Assembly: GCA_010909165.1 (NCBI GenBank)
Contig: MU008178.1
Coordinates: 136,369 to 200,368 of the forward strand
Length of the DNA stretch: 64,000 bases
DNA from: Anthoceros angustus
Lineage: Eukaryota > Plantae > Anthocerotophyta
Direction: 5' to 3'
Shown: piece after piece, positions 26,471 through 38,289 of the stretch
How positions within the stretch are numbered: position 1 is the stretch's first letter
How the letters are laid out: each line of letters begins with the position of its first letter
The notes under the pieces: generated by a model
Databases searched by the model: none
What the model saw: only the letters and a program-made list of their open reading frames with translations
What the model was told of the DNA's origin: nothing
Translations under genes and position numbers: made by a program

Positions 26471-26797
26471 CCTACTAGAAATGGCAGCCCATGTTACACT
26501 TTATGTTAAGATCTGGACCCCTGGATGTAATACTTATGTTGCAATTTTGGGGTCATGTAACACTTTTTGGGCCTCTTGTTACACTTTGGCTTGGAAACCA
26601 AACCGGAGCATTTGTTGCAACCATGTTGCAATGGTGTTGCAATTATGTTGAGATGAAGTAAGAGGTGCTTTTGTCCTCTCTCAAGATTGCAACAAGATTG
26701 CAACATATAAAGTGTTACAAGAAAAGTCTTGTAACACTTTTGGAGGCTTGGTACCGAACCTCCTCCCCAGCTACCTTCCTCCTTTTACTACTATTAC

Positions 26798-29700
26798 AAT
26801 ATGGAATACCTAGTTTTACTTAGTAGTCCCACTGATACTCGTATGAATACACATATACATAAATACATGTACGAATACATTCTTCATAAAATATACATAT
26901 TGTTCATGACGACATATACTATACGGTAATTTCCTGTGATATACGGTCATATTCCATTTTGTATAAAATAAGCATATACTTCACACGGATAACGTACATA
27001 CTTTGTACACGTCCAAGATACGTTTACGGTTTGTCCTTGAGCACTCGATTGCCTTTTGTGCCTACGAGTTTGTACGCGAACCCATGTTTGCTATGCGTGG
27101 GATTGTTTGGCTCAAGTCCTCCTCCTTCTCTCTCCCCTAGATAACCGCCTCATGTCCGCATGCACCTTTTGCCCCTCGACCATGGCTGCTGTTGGTTGCT
27201 CCACTCCTATCCTCCCTCTGCCACCCGCCTCTTCCACTCCCTTGCGTTGTTTTCACTATGCACACTCAACACATGTCTGTTACTTGCTGGTGACAATACA
27301 CTCGCCCTTCTTTGTGCTACCGCACCTGGATCTGGCCCTCCAAACATGTCCCTCCTACCGTGCACCGGCCTTGTTACTTCCTATTCACCCAAGACCCTGC
27401 CCTACTAGCATCGCCTTCTCTAACGTCACATCACAGTCTGGTTACGCATCAAATAAAATTTTGAGGTAGGAAATCATAGCATGGAATGGGTCTTGGCCTC
27501 ACCTTGCAGCTATACATGTACATGAAACCCCTCCATTCTTCCATCGCCTTCCCTAACTTCACATCATAGTCTGGTTACGCATCAGCTGAAAATTTGAGAT
27601 AAGAAATAACAGCATGGAATGGGTCTTGGCATGACCTTGCAACTACTTGCAGTTGTACATGTACATGAGGAAGAGGAATGCGTGGCCTTCCTGGCTTGTC
27701 ACATAACCATGTAAATGTATGCTACCCGATACACTGAAAAAATGTCCACTTTCCACAAGACTGTCCCACTGCTATACGCGTTGTAGCATCTTTGGTATGA
27801 GAGCCTACTGTCCGGCACATCTTGGATCAAGGATCCCTGAATTGCTGATAGGATCACCAAGGCTAGATTGATATGAAGAGGCAGATGTGGCGACAATCAG
27901 TTGCTCATCATGAACAGCGGAAAGGACCAAACAAGGTGAAGGCTGCAATTTCGAGAAACACTCAGCTTGCAATCATGCCATTCGGCTTGATGAACTCGAG
28001 CGCAATCTTTAGCACCTTGTAGACCCGCGTTGTTGGGCAAAGTTGAAGGTACCTGCAGTCAAGTGGTTGGAAAATCCAGCCTGAGGTACGTTCAATCAAG
28101 TGGCTGGAAAAATCCAACCCCAACAGCCGTCAGTGGCTCCAAAGGAGCCGTTACTTGCAATCATCAGGATCCAGCAAAGCAAAATGAGTGATTTCGTGAG
28201 AACCTCGGAAGTGGAAAGGAGGCTCTCAAGCAACAGTGATGAAGACCAACCATTGGAGGGAATTGGGGACTGTGTTCGACTCTGAGCCCGCCAGTAGTCC
28301 AGGAATTCCATCGAAGGAAGACTATCCGACATTTGGGTGTTGGGCGGGGAACCTGTGGAGACGAAAGGTTAGTGGCGGTGATGCAAAGAGCTCCTACGCG
28401 ACTGCAAGCACAGCTAGAGGCAGAAGCTAACCAAGAGGAAGCAGCAGGAGGTCCCGAGCTCATAGTGGTCCCGGTTGGCTACACTTCAGAACCGGTGCAG
28501 AGGCGATGAGGCCGACCCTGCAAGCGGGGAGGAGCCATAGATGTGGTGACGTGGACTGCTCTAATTGCAGAGTATTCCCTCTAGCAAGCCAAACTGCGCC
28601 GCACGTCCGGCGCAATTGTGAGAGAACATTAATCGATAGCCTGATCATGGCCATCTCGAGAGGAACAAACTACGATTTTAGAAAGTAGCGTTGGACGTCT
28701 GGTGCACTATGAGTACACAACCACGGATCTCCATTGTTAGAGTGAAAAAGAGGAAGAAATTGGAGCAATGCGCCGGACGCTCAAAGACATTGGCGCGAGC
28801 TAAAGCTCACGGACGACGGCCTTTCCCCGGAGACCCCAATCTTGTGGGCATCCAAATATGGAATACCTAGTTTTACTTAGTAGTAATCATACTCGTATGA
28901 ATACACATATACATAAATACATGTACGAATACATTCTTCATAAAATATACATATTGTTCATGACGACATATACTATACGGTAATTTCCTGTGATATACGG
29001 TCATATTCCATTTTGTATAAAATAAGCATATACTTCACACGGATAACGTACATACTTTGTACACGTCCAAGATACGTTTACCAGTTTGTCCTTGAGCACT
29101 CAGTGCCTTTTGTGCCTACGAGTTTGTGCTACGCGAACCCATGTTTGCTATGCGCCGGCGTGGGATTGTTTGGCTCCAAGTCCTCCCTCCTTCTCTCTCC
29201 CCCTAGATAAGCGCCTCATGTCCGCATGCACCTTTTGCCCCTCGACCATGGCACTGTTGGTTGCTCCACTCCTATCCTCCCTCCGCCTCTTCCACTCCCT
29301 TGCGTTGTTTTTGTGCACACTCAACACATATACTTGTTGCTGGTGACAATACACTCGCCTTCTTTGTGCTACCGGATCCAGCCCTCCAAACATGTCCCTC
29401 CTACTGCACCGGCCTTGTACTTCCTATTCACCCAAGACCACCCCTAGCATCGCCTTCTCTAACGTCACATCACGGTCTGTTACGCATCAAATAAAATTTT
29501 GAGGTAGGAAATCATAGCATGGAATGGGTCTTGGCCTCACCTTGCAGCTATACATGTACATGAAACCCTCCATTCTTCCATCGCCTTCTAACTTCACATC
29601 ATAGTCCGTTACGCATCGCCTGAAAATTTGAGATAAATAACAAGATGGAATGGGTCTTGGCATGACCTTGCAACTACTTGCGTTGTACATGTACATGAGG

Positions 29701-30830
29701 AAGAGGAATGCGGCCTTCACAGCTTGTCACATAACCATGTAAATGTATGCTACCCGATACCGAAAAATGTCCACTTTCCACAAGATCGTCCCATCGCTAT
29801 ACGTTGTAGCATCTTTGGTATGAGAGCCTCTTGTCCGGCACATCTTGGATCAAGGATCCTGAATTGATAGGATCACCAAGGCTAGATTGATATGAAGAGG
29901 CGAGATGTGGCGACAATCGCTTGCTCATCATGAATGAAAGGACCAAACAAGGTGAAGGCTGCAATTTGAAACACCTTGCAATCATGCCATTGACTTGATG
30001 AACTCGGCGCAATCTTTAGCACCTTGTAGACCCGTTGTTGGGCAAAGTTGAAGGTACCTGCAATCAAGTGGTTGGAAAATCCAGCGAGGTTCAATCAAGT
30101 GGCTGGAAAATCCAACTCAGCGTCGGTGGCTCCAAAGGAGCCGTTTGCAATCATCGGGATCGGCAAAGCAAAATGAGTGATTTCGTGAGAACCTCGGAGT
30201 GGAAAGGAGGCTCTCAAACAGCGGTGATGAAGACCAACCATTGAGGGAATTGGGTGTGTTCGACTACGAGCCTTGAGAGTCCGAGAATTCCATCGAAGGA
30301 AGACTATCAGGCATTTGGGTGTTGGGGGGAACACGTGGAGACGAAGGTTAGTGGCGGTGATGCAAAGAGCTCCTGTGTTGCAAGCACGACTGAGGCGAGG
30401 CTAACCAAGAGGCGGCAGGAGGTCCCGAGCTCATAGTGGTCCCGGTTGGCTACACTTGAGGCAGTGCAGGCGATGAGGCCGACCCCGCAAGCGGGAGGAG
30501 CCATAGATGTGGTGACGTGGATCGCTCTAATTGCGAGTATTCCTCTAGCAAGCGGCTGCGCCGCGTCACGTCCGGCGCAATTGTGAGAGAACATTAATCG
30601 ATAGCCTGATCATGGCCATCTCGAGAGGAACAAACTACGATTTTAGAAAGTAGCGTTGGACGTCTGGTGCACTATGAGTACACAACCCTGGGATCTCCAT
30701 TGTTAGAGTGAAAAACAGAGGAAGAAATTGGAGCAATGCGCCGGACGTTCAGCACATTGGCGCGAGTTTGCTAAAGCCTGCGCCGGACGTACGGCGCCTT
30801 TCCTGGAGACCCCAATCTTGTGGGCATCCA
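26798..30830. repeat. Direct tandem duplication of a ~2.06-kb unidentified repeat segment (26798-28854 and 28855-30830)
   Basis: aatatggaatacctagttttact begins both copies and both end in cttgtgggcatcca. Copy 2 is about 80 nt shorter through many small deletions. Confidence 0.9.
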
Positions 30831-30874
30831 GCGCGATGGAAATGGTGGAGTGGATACGCTGGACGTCCGGCGCA

Positions 30875-31428
30875 AATGTATATATATTATTTGTATCTAC
30901 CAAAATAACATATGTTTGGTCTGGGAAACCAGTGCTCCCTCTTTACCTTCGCACCCCTGTGTCTTTCAAATTAAGGATGATTATAGGTCATCTTCGTGTC
31001 GGGTCTCACCATCTTAGGATTGAGACGGATAGATGGCTACGTCCTAAGCCACCAAAGGAGTCCAGAATTTGCAGGTTATCCAACAGGGGGGTAGAGACTG
31101 AAGAACACTTTGTGTTCCTCTATCACATTTATGAAGATATTCGGCGGAATTTTATCCCTCTATTTACAACAGCACAATCTTCACTTGCTTTTTCTCTTTT
31201 CGATCCTATCAGAGGTGCACCTTAAAGCAAATGTGGGAGAAGCGGACTCAACATTTTCAAGAGTTCAACATACCGACATTACATAATGATTCACGCCACT
31301 AGTTCTCGGGCCGATTCGAATAGCGTTAATTTTTCATTATACCTTCTTATGTATGACAAATCAGTCCCATGACGGAAATCCGTCCTTAGTGGACTTAAAT
31401 AAAATTCTTCTTCTTCTTCTTCTTCTTC
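30875..31428 (+). mobile_element. 5'-truncated non-LTR retrotransposon 3' end (RTEX/L2-type ORF2 C-terminus, stem-loop, AATAAA, (TTC)8 tail)
   Basis: HLRVGSHHLRIETDRW...RICRLS...VETEEHFVF..IYEDIR, then the stem-loop AGTCC-CAT-GACGG-AAAT-CCGTC-CTTAGT-GGACT (31363-31395), AATAAA (31398-31403) and (TTC)8 (31405-31428). Confidence 0.7.
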
Positions 31429-31485
31429 TAAGGGTGTACATAGACATAATGGCATAAGACCTCCAAGGTTAAGCACCCTCGGGGC

Positions 31486-31700
31486 GGATCAGTACTGGGA
31501 TGGGGTGCTTATTTTTGGTTCTTTGAGAACTCCAGGGTTTAGCTCTTTTGGGTCGGAGTAGTACCAGGATGGTTTGCTTGTTTTTGGTGCTTTGAAAACT
31601 TTGTAACAACTCCACTGTTAAGCAACCTAGAGGTGGATCAATACCGGGATGGAGTGTTGATTTTTAGTGGTTTGAAAAATTTGTAAATCATCCCGGTATC
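31486..31700. repeat. Three degenerate ~45-70-bp direct repeats (GGATCAxTACxGGGATGG...TTTTTGGT...TTTGAAAA)
   Basis: Copies begin near 31486, 31555 and 31636; an inverted part-copy (catcccggta) follows near 31689. Confidence 0.55.
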
Positions 31701-31886
31701 TAGGCGTAAAGTCATGAATATTATTTTTGAAAATCATTTATTGGTTGATGTTATGTTCCCACATTCGCTTTGTATACAACATGTAAAACCTTTTCGGCCT
31801 TACTCTATGTGCCCCTACCGATGACTTGCATGGATCTTTTGATTGGTGCGCCAAAATGTCCGCTCATTCGAGTTTGATGCACGATA

Positions 31887-33503
31887 GATGCATAGGCCTT
31901 GGTTTCTAGATGAGCTACATTTTCCAAAATTCGACATGTATGATGGTGGTTTCTAATGGCCAACCTTTTGAAGGCGACAATGTTTCACAATGTTTTGCGG
32001 AGAAGCAAGAAAATAAATAGAATAGATGATTTGTCTTTGAGTAATGAAAGCCGCCGATGCAACGAACACAAGTATAAGAGAGCATCCGCTCGCCACCGCG
32101 AGCCCTAGTGAGAGCCAGTGAGTATTTGAAGAAAGAGGCTGATCGCCTAGCCGGGGTTTTGACCAAATGGTCGAGTATTTCAGTGAGGCTCAAGGAGGAC
32201 CGCTCTATACCCACCGTGACGCCCACTACGCTTGTGGCGCAATTTAGGTGTTCGAGACGAACTATAGCTTCGCCAGGAGATTTTGAATTTAAGATCCGAC
32301 TTGCTCCATGTGCCACCCATGGATAGATTAAGGTTGAAAGCGGTATGGACTTGACAAGAAGAAATGTAAGCTCTGAAGAGTTTGATCAAGAAGGGTTGAG
32401 GAGGCCTCACCATCCTTTACCTTGTCCAATTCTCGCTCGCTGGGCCTAAGATCTATGCGCTTATAAATCTCCGACACGAGGGGCCAGTCGAGGTATGCCC
32501 GCTGGATTGTCTCAATCACGGGTTTGAAAAGAGAATTGATGTGAGTGTTGGTGTGCACTGCACCTCTTTGGAGTATAATTGCGCTGACGTCCAACAGACT
32601 CTTTGGAGCATAAGTGCGCCCGGCCACTTAGTACAAAGGTGTGTCTGCATTTGTGTGGATGGTGGGCACACTAGGTCTTCTTTTGGGCTCGGATGCATGG
32701 GCCTTGGTTTCTAGATGAGCTATATTTTCCAAAATTCGACATGTATGATGGTGGTTTCTAATGGCCAACCTTTTGAAGGCGACAATGTTTCACAATGTTT
32801 TGCGTAGAAGCAAGAAAATAAATAGAATAGATGATTTGTCTTTGAGTAATGAAAGCTCGATGCACAACACAAGTATAAGAGAGCATCCGCCACCGCGAGC
32901 CCTAGTGAGAGCCAGTGAGTATTTGAAGAAAGAGGGCGATCGCCCTAGCCGATTTTGACCAAATGGCTGAGTATTTCAGTGAGGCTCAAGGAGGACCTGT
33001 CTATACCCACTGTGACGCCCACTACAGTTGTGGCGCAGCTAGGTGTTCAGAGACGAACTGTAGCTAAGCTTCGCTAGGAGATTTTGAATTTAAGATCTGA
33101 CTTGTACCATGTGCCACCCATGGGTAGACTAAGGTTGAAAGCGGTATGGACTTGACAAGAAGAAATGTAAGCTCTGAAGAGTTTGATCAAGAAGGGTTGA
33201 GGAGGCCTCACCATTCTTTACCTTGTCCAATTCTCGCCCGCGGGGCCTAAGATCTATGCGCTTATAAATCTCCGACACGAGGGGCCAGTCGAGGTATGCC
33301 CGCTGGATTGTCTCAATCACGGGTTTGAAAAGAGAATTGATGTGAGTGTTGGTGTGCACTGCACCTCTTTGGAGTATAATTGCGCCGGACGTCCAGCGCA
33401 CTCCAGCTCTTTGGAGCATAAGTGCGCCCTCCGGCCACTTAGTACAAAGGTGTGTCTGGCATTTGTGTGGATGGTGGGCACACTAGGTCTTCTTTTGGGC
33501 TCG
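31887..33503. repeat. Direct tandem duplication of a ~810-bp unit (31887-32691 and 32692-33503)
   Basis: Both copies start gatgcat(a/g)ggccttggtttctagatgagc. GATGCAT.GGC microhomology recurs at 33504. Confidence 0.9.
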
Positions 33504-33814
33504 GATGCATGGGCTGTGGGTTCGCAAATCACTGAAAACAGTGAAATGAGACGTGCATTTCTGGATGGTTGGGGCCAAAATGGGGTTAGGAGACAAACCC
33601 CTATGCTGAGAAACACTGTTGCTCTTTCAATTGGAGTGTCGTCATCATTGGGATCATCTTCAGCAGCTCTTTGAGTCGGTGCAATCCGCTGCCCAAGCAG
33701 TTCCGCACCTTGCTATTGTTTATGCTTCCAGTGATCGTGGCATAGTTCACTAGGCTATTTGACTTTAATCTTTGTTTTCGTTGTAATTCTGCTTATCACG
33801 CTTTCTTATATAAC

Positions 33815-35528
33815 TATATCAGAAGCCCTCTCGGCTGCAGTCATAACTTACAGCCGATGTGCCTTCTTTTATATTATTATATTCCAGCTTGTTTATCAGA
33901 ACAATAGCATTGACGTCCTCTCCTTTGACGACGCCACCCACACCAATTATTAATTATATGAATGTCACTTTTGAATTCAAGAAAAAAGACCGTTTTGACG
34001 GCACAAAGTTTGAGATATGGGCCAAGCGTATGCGTTCCATCCTGAATGCATACGCATGGCATAGTGGATGGCACTGTACAACGGCCCACTGGTCCTTCTT
34101 CTACTCTCGACTCTTGGATCAAACAAGACAGGCTTGCACTTCACATTCTTATTTCGGGCCTTGACAAAGTCACACTACATCAGACTGATGGAGCCACGAT
34201 TGCTGCTGAAGCTTGGCGGCAGCTTATTGACATATTCCAATCCACTAACGTTATGACGTTAGTAACTGTGCGCAACAAATTTTATTCTCTCCGCATGCAT
34301 CATAATGAGAGCATTGGTACTTATATTAGCAAGTTACGTTATTTGCGGGCACAGCTTGCTGCTTTAGGCACTCCCTTATCGGAATTTGAAGCTTGTGTCC
34401 AACTGCTGGCCTCCCTTTCCGCTAGCTATCAAGCATTCGTGTCCTCTCAGAATGGCACTATTCGCGAGGCTCATCAGGTGGTAAAGACTGGTTGCACACC
34501 CAACATTTCCATCTCCGAAATTGCCGATGCTCTCCTATAAGAGGAGGCTTCCAGATTTAACGCCGGCACTTCGAAGCATGGTGGTGAAAGAGTTATGTTC
34601 GTTAGCAAAGGCCGTCAACGTCAACAGCCCCAGCAGCGACGTTGTCCTCCTCCACCTGATAGACGGCCCTTCACTGGCTCCTTCTCGCGGCCCTTCATTC
34701 TCCAAGCCTGGTGGTTCCGAACGCAAGCTCGGTACTTGCAACTGGTGCCAGATTCCAAGCCATTGGGAGCCTGACTGCCACAAGAAGAAAGCTGGCGAGC
34801 CTCGACGTCCTTCCAAGTCTGCCAATATGGCCTCAACCTCCAAGCAGAAGCAGGCCGACCTTGCCCTCACAGTCTGCCTCGTAGCTTTCAAATACAAGAC
34901 CTCTTGGCTATTGGATTCCGCTGCCTCCGCACATATATGCTGCCATCACCATATGTTTTCTCATTATCTCCCTGCCGAAGATCACCGTTTTGTTCTTCTC
35001 GGCGATAACTCAGGCCTTACTATTGCGGGCATTGGCACTGTTACTTTTACTCTTGAAGATCGTTCTGTCCTTCTTTTAAGTGATGTGCTACATGTTCCGC
35101 AAATGGCGAAGAATCTTATTTCTGTCCAACACTCGGTGAAGGACGGTACTTTCAGGCTCAAGTTCAGTAGAGGCGATTGCCTCCTTACAAGGTCTGTTGC
35201 TCCTGGTCGCGTGGTTGCAAGAGGTCGTCCGCAGCATGATCTCTATGTCTTCTCCGCCGCGCTAGTGATCACGGCTTCCTTGACCCCAGCTCCCCCAATA
35301 GCAACTGCAGTCGACAAAGAGAGTTCCCACAAAGGTGACTCCCTATTATGGCATTCTCGGATTGGACACATTAATCATGATAAGCTTTTAGAGATGTCTA
35401 GGCAGGATTTGTTTAGGGATAAGCTACCTCTTTTTCCACAGACTCCACCGTTATGTGAAGCTTATATATATTCTAAACAATGTAGCTTCCCCTATCCTAC
35501 TCTACCTGCCCGTCGTGCAACTCAGCCC
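33815..35528 (+). mobile_element. Ty1/Copia 5' half: degenerate PBS, gag, zinc knuckle, protease and GAG-pre-integrase, truncated before the integrase core
   Basis: tatatcagaagcc resembles the tRNA-iMet PBS TGGTATCAGAGC. Peptides: KDRFDGTKFEIW, VRNKFYSLRM, CNWCQIPSHWEPDC (CX2CX4HX4C), WLLDSAASAH and LWHSRIGHIN. Confidence 0.9.
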
Positions 35529-35750
35529 TGTGGAATGCAAAAGTTTGGGCAACCATCCCAAACTAGCTAAAGGAAGAGCGACTTCGATTTTTTTTGGCTG
35601 AAAACGATTGAAGAGGGACATGTTGGGAATTTTCTGAGAAACTTGGAGCTGGAGTTGTAGGATATTGTTAGGGAGGCAGAGAGGATATCCCAGGGAAAAG
35701 AAACGGGTCGAAATGGCCCCTAGGCGAGAAGGAGAGGAGAAGAGGCGGTA

Positions 35751-35872
35751 GGTGGCAGACTACCACGGTGGTGGCAGACTACCACGGTGGTGGCAGACTA
35801 CCACGGTGGTGGCAGACTACCACGGTAGGCTGGCAGACTACCACGGTAGGCTGGTAGACTACCACGGTAGGC
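35751..35872 (+). repeat. 20-21-bp tandem repeat (GGTGGCAGACTACCACGGT-like) x6
   Basis: Directly visible, with no unique spacers. Confidence 0.9.
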
Positions 35873-36232
35873 TGACGAGATCTCGGTCAGAAAAGGAAAT
35901 TAGAATAGGGGGGGATATTCACTATATATGCTCACCAATAGGGGAGTAGATAAATAGGATTTGGTAATTAATTTGGGGTTGCGGATAGGGCAGGAAAATA
36001 GGTAATTTAGGTAGGCTTAGGTAATTTAGGATGTTGAACCAGATCTAGGGTTGGGAACTCTCCAGGTGGCAGCAATCCAAGGAGTGCAAAAGTGCGCTTT
36101 GGCGCCAACTTCCTCTTGGTTGGTCCTCACTGCTAGAGCCGAGGCCCGGGCGTAAGAGCAAGAGGAGAGGAGAAAGCCGCCATCACCCTCACCACCCCAC
36201 CTGCGGTCAGTCGGTGCAAAGGGAGATAGGCG

Positions 36233-36610
36233 CTGAAGGAGAGGAACCCTAGCGGAGCGAGGAGAAGAGGCGGGCGCCGGCGTTGGAGACCTTCAAGCTG
36301 TGAGGCCGTGGGGAGGCCAGGCCCAGGAGTCACGAGTGCTGGGGGTCGTCGAGGCGGGAGGCACAGGACCGAGGTGCCAGTGTGAGATTTGGAATATTGG
36401 GCCGCCGAGACCGCTATTTGCCAAGAAGGAGAGGAACCCTAGCCGAGCGAGGAGAAGAGGCAGGCGCCAAGCGCTTTGAGACGTTGCGGAGACCTTCAAG
36501 CCTGTGAGGCTGTGGGAGGAGCGCGCTAGGAGTCACGAGTGCTAGAGGTCGTCGAGGGCAGGAGGCACGAGACTGAGGTGCCCAGGGCGGTGTGAGATTT
36601 GGAATATTGC
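36233..36610 (+). repeat. ~190-bp direct duplication
   Basis: gagaggaaccctagc...gtgtgagatttggaatattg occurs twice (from ~36237 and ~36428). Confidence 0.8.
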
Positions 36611-38289
36611 GCGAGAGACGCCACACCGGCGCGCCGCTGAAGGAGAGCTCCCAAGGAAAATTGGCAACAGCTGGGAAGCATCACCAAGCCTAACGTTGAA
36701 ATTGTGTGTTAGGAGAGGTTTTGCTGCCAGTCTTGAGGAGAAGCAGCGTTTGAGAGCAAAGTCTTGAGGCTGCCAATTGGGAAGTAATTCACTCCCCTAG
36801 CAGCATTTGGGAAGGAGAACGCCACCATGCCTCGAGCAGGAAAGGGCAAGGGGAAGGAGCCACCTGCCAAGGGTTCCTCCTCAAGAGGAGGAAAAGGAAA
36901 GAAGGCGGCAACGGAGGTTGCGCCGCCGGAGGTGGTCGAGATGCCCCAATTCACTGTTTTGCAGCCTCAATCCTGCGACTTGGTAGATTCGGCGATGGGT
37001 GGGAGGAGAGAACATCCAATTGGGATGGGGTATGGCCGCCAATGGGCCTACACCAATTTGGAATTGATTGAGGAGTGTTACATCAACCTCCATCAATCGA
37101 AAGCAGCGTTTCTTGGAGGGAAGGAGAGGAATGCTCAGGATCCTGTGCTGGCTGGAGCGGCATTGGCAAGTGTGGGCCGGATGAGGAGAGCTCAGGAATT
37201 GCTCTCCTCAAGAGGACGAATGGAGGGAAGAGGATTGCCCTCTCAGAAATTCCGCAGGAGGTCCTCGACATGATGGACGGAGGAGTGAAGGCCCATGCCA
37301 AGAATGGCTGAAAGACGGATAGCATCAAGGAGCTAAAGTGGAGGCTCTTTGCAAAAATTTTGTTGGGGTTGGTAAATTATCAGCGGACTTCTTATTTCGG
37401 CACCAACTTCCTTCAATTTTTGTGGAAGATTTCGAGAGGAGCCAAGCCGGATTGGGGCACCATAATGTATGAGGCTTATATCCACCACAGGGCTCCTTAG
37501 GCCGATGTGGATGAGGAAGGGCCAAGGCCTGTTATCTCAGCACCTATTTGGTGCACTTGTGGGAGACCGAGGGGCTCCTCACCAGCAAGGAGCTGGAGGA
37601 TGCTTGGCATCCTTCGGAAATAATCCACCTCCAGCCAAGCTTGGAAAGGCCTTTGCCTTTCGCCTTGAGGAAAACAATGGGGGGTCAGACCTCCACAAGC
37701 ACTCCAGGACCAAGGGCGGAGGAAGTAGAGGCAACAAGGTTGCCGGAATGGGAAGTCTTTCCTTCCCAAGAGCGTGGGGAGGAGGAGGAGCAAGGTCCGG
37801 CCAAGGAGGGCCGGATGGTAGTCTATGAGAGGAGGACTACCGCAGGAGGGGTGACAACCCCAAGGGTGGGGGGAGTCCCCACCATTTCGTGGGTGCCTAG
37901 GGAAGAGGCACCCTACTCCGGTAGAGGAGGACTACCGTGGTGGGCGGACTACCGTGGTAGGCACCCCACGCCAAGAATGGCTGGAAGGCGGACCACCGGT
38001 GAGGAACAACCTACTGCGGTAGGTGGGCTGGCAAAGCAGCCTCTGGCCCGGTAGGGAAGGGAAGGAGAAGGTCTTGAGGCGCCCGGCGGGCGCCTAGGCC
38101 GCCATCACCCGCGCTGGGTGGGAGAGCGGATGGGGCGACGGTGCGAGGGCTACGCCGTTGCGCGATGGCCCGAGGAGTGTGGAAAGGCTGGAAATTTCCA
38201 GCAAGAGGCCAGCAGGGGCGGAATTTGGGCTTGCTGAGTGCTTGTGAAGCACTCAGCCGTGTAGACTTGAAGGGGGCTAGGGAATTAAC

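Noticed and set aside
35751-35872. 20-21-bp array as a CRISPR or telomeric repeat
   Set aside because: There are no spacers and it is not TTTAGGG-like; it is a simple minisatellite in a TE.
36098-36112. TGGCGCCAAC as a PBS defining a 5' LTR at 35529-36098
   Set aside because: No adjacent CA LTR end, no second LTR copy and no downstream gag were found.
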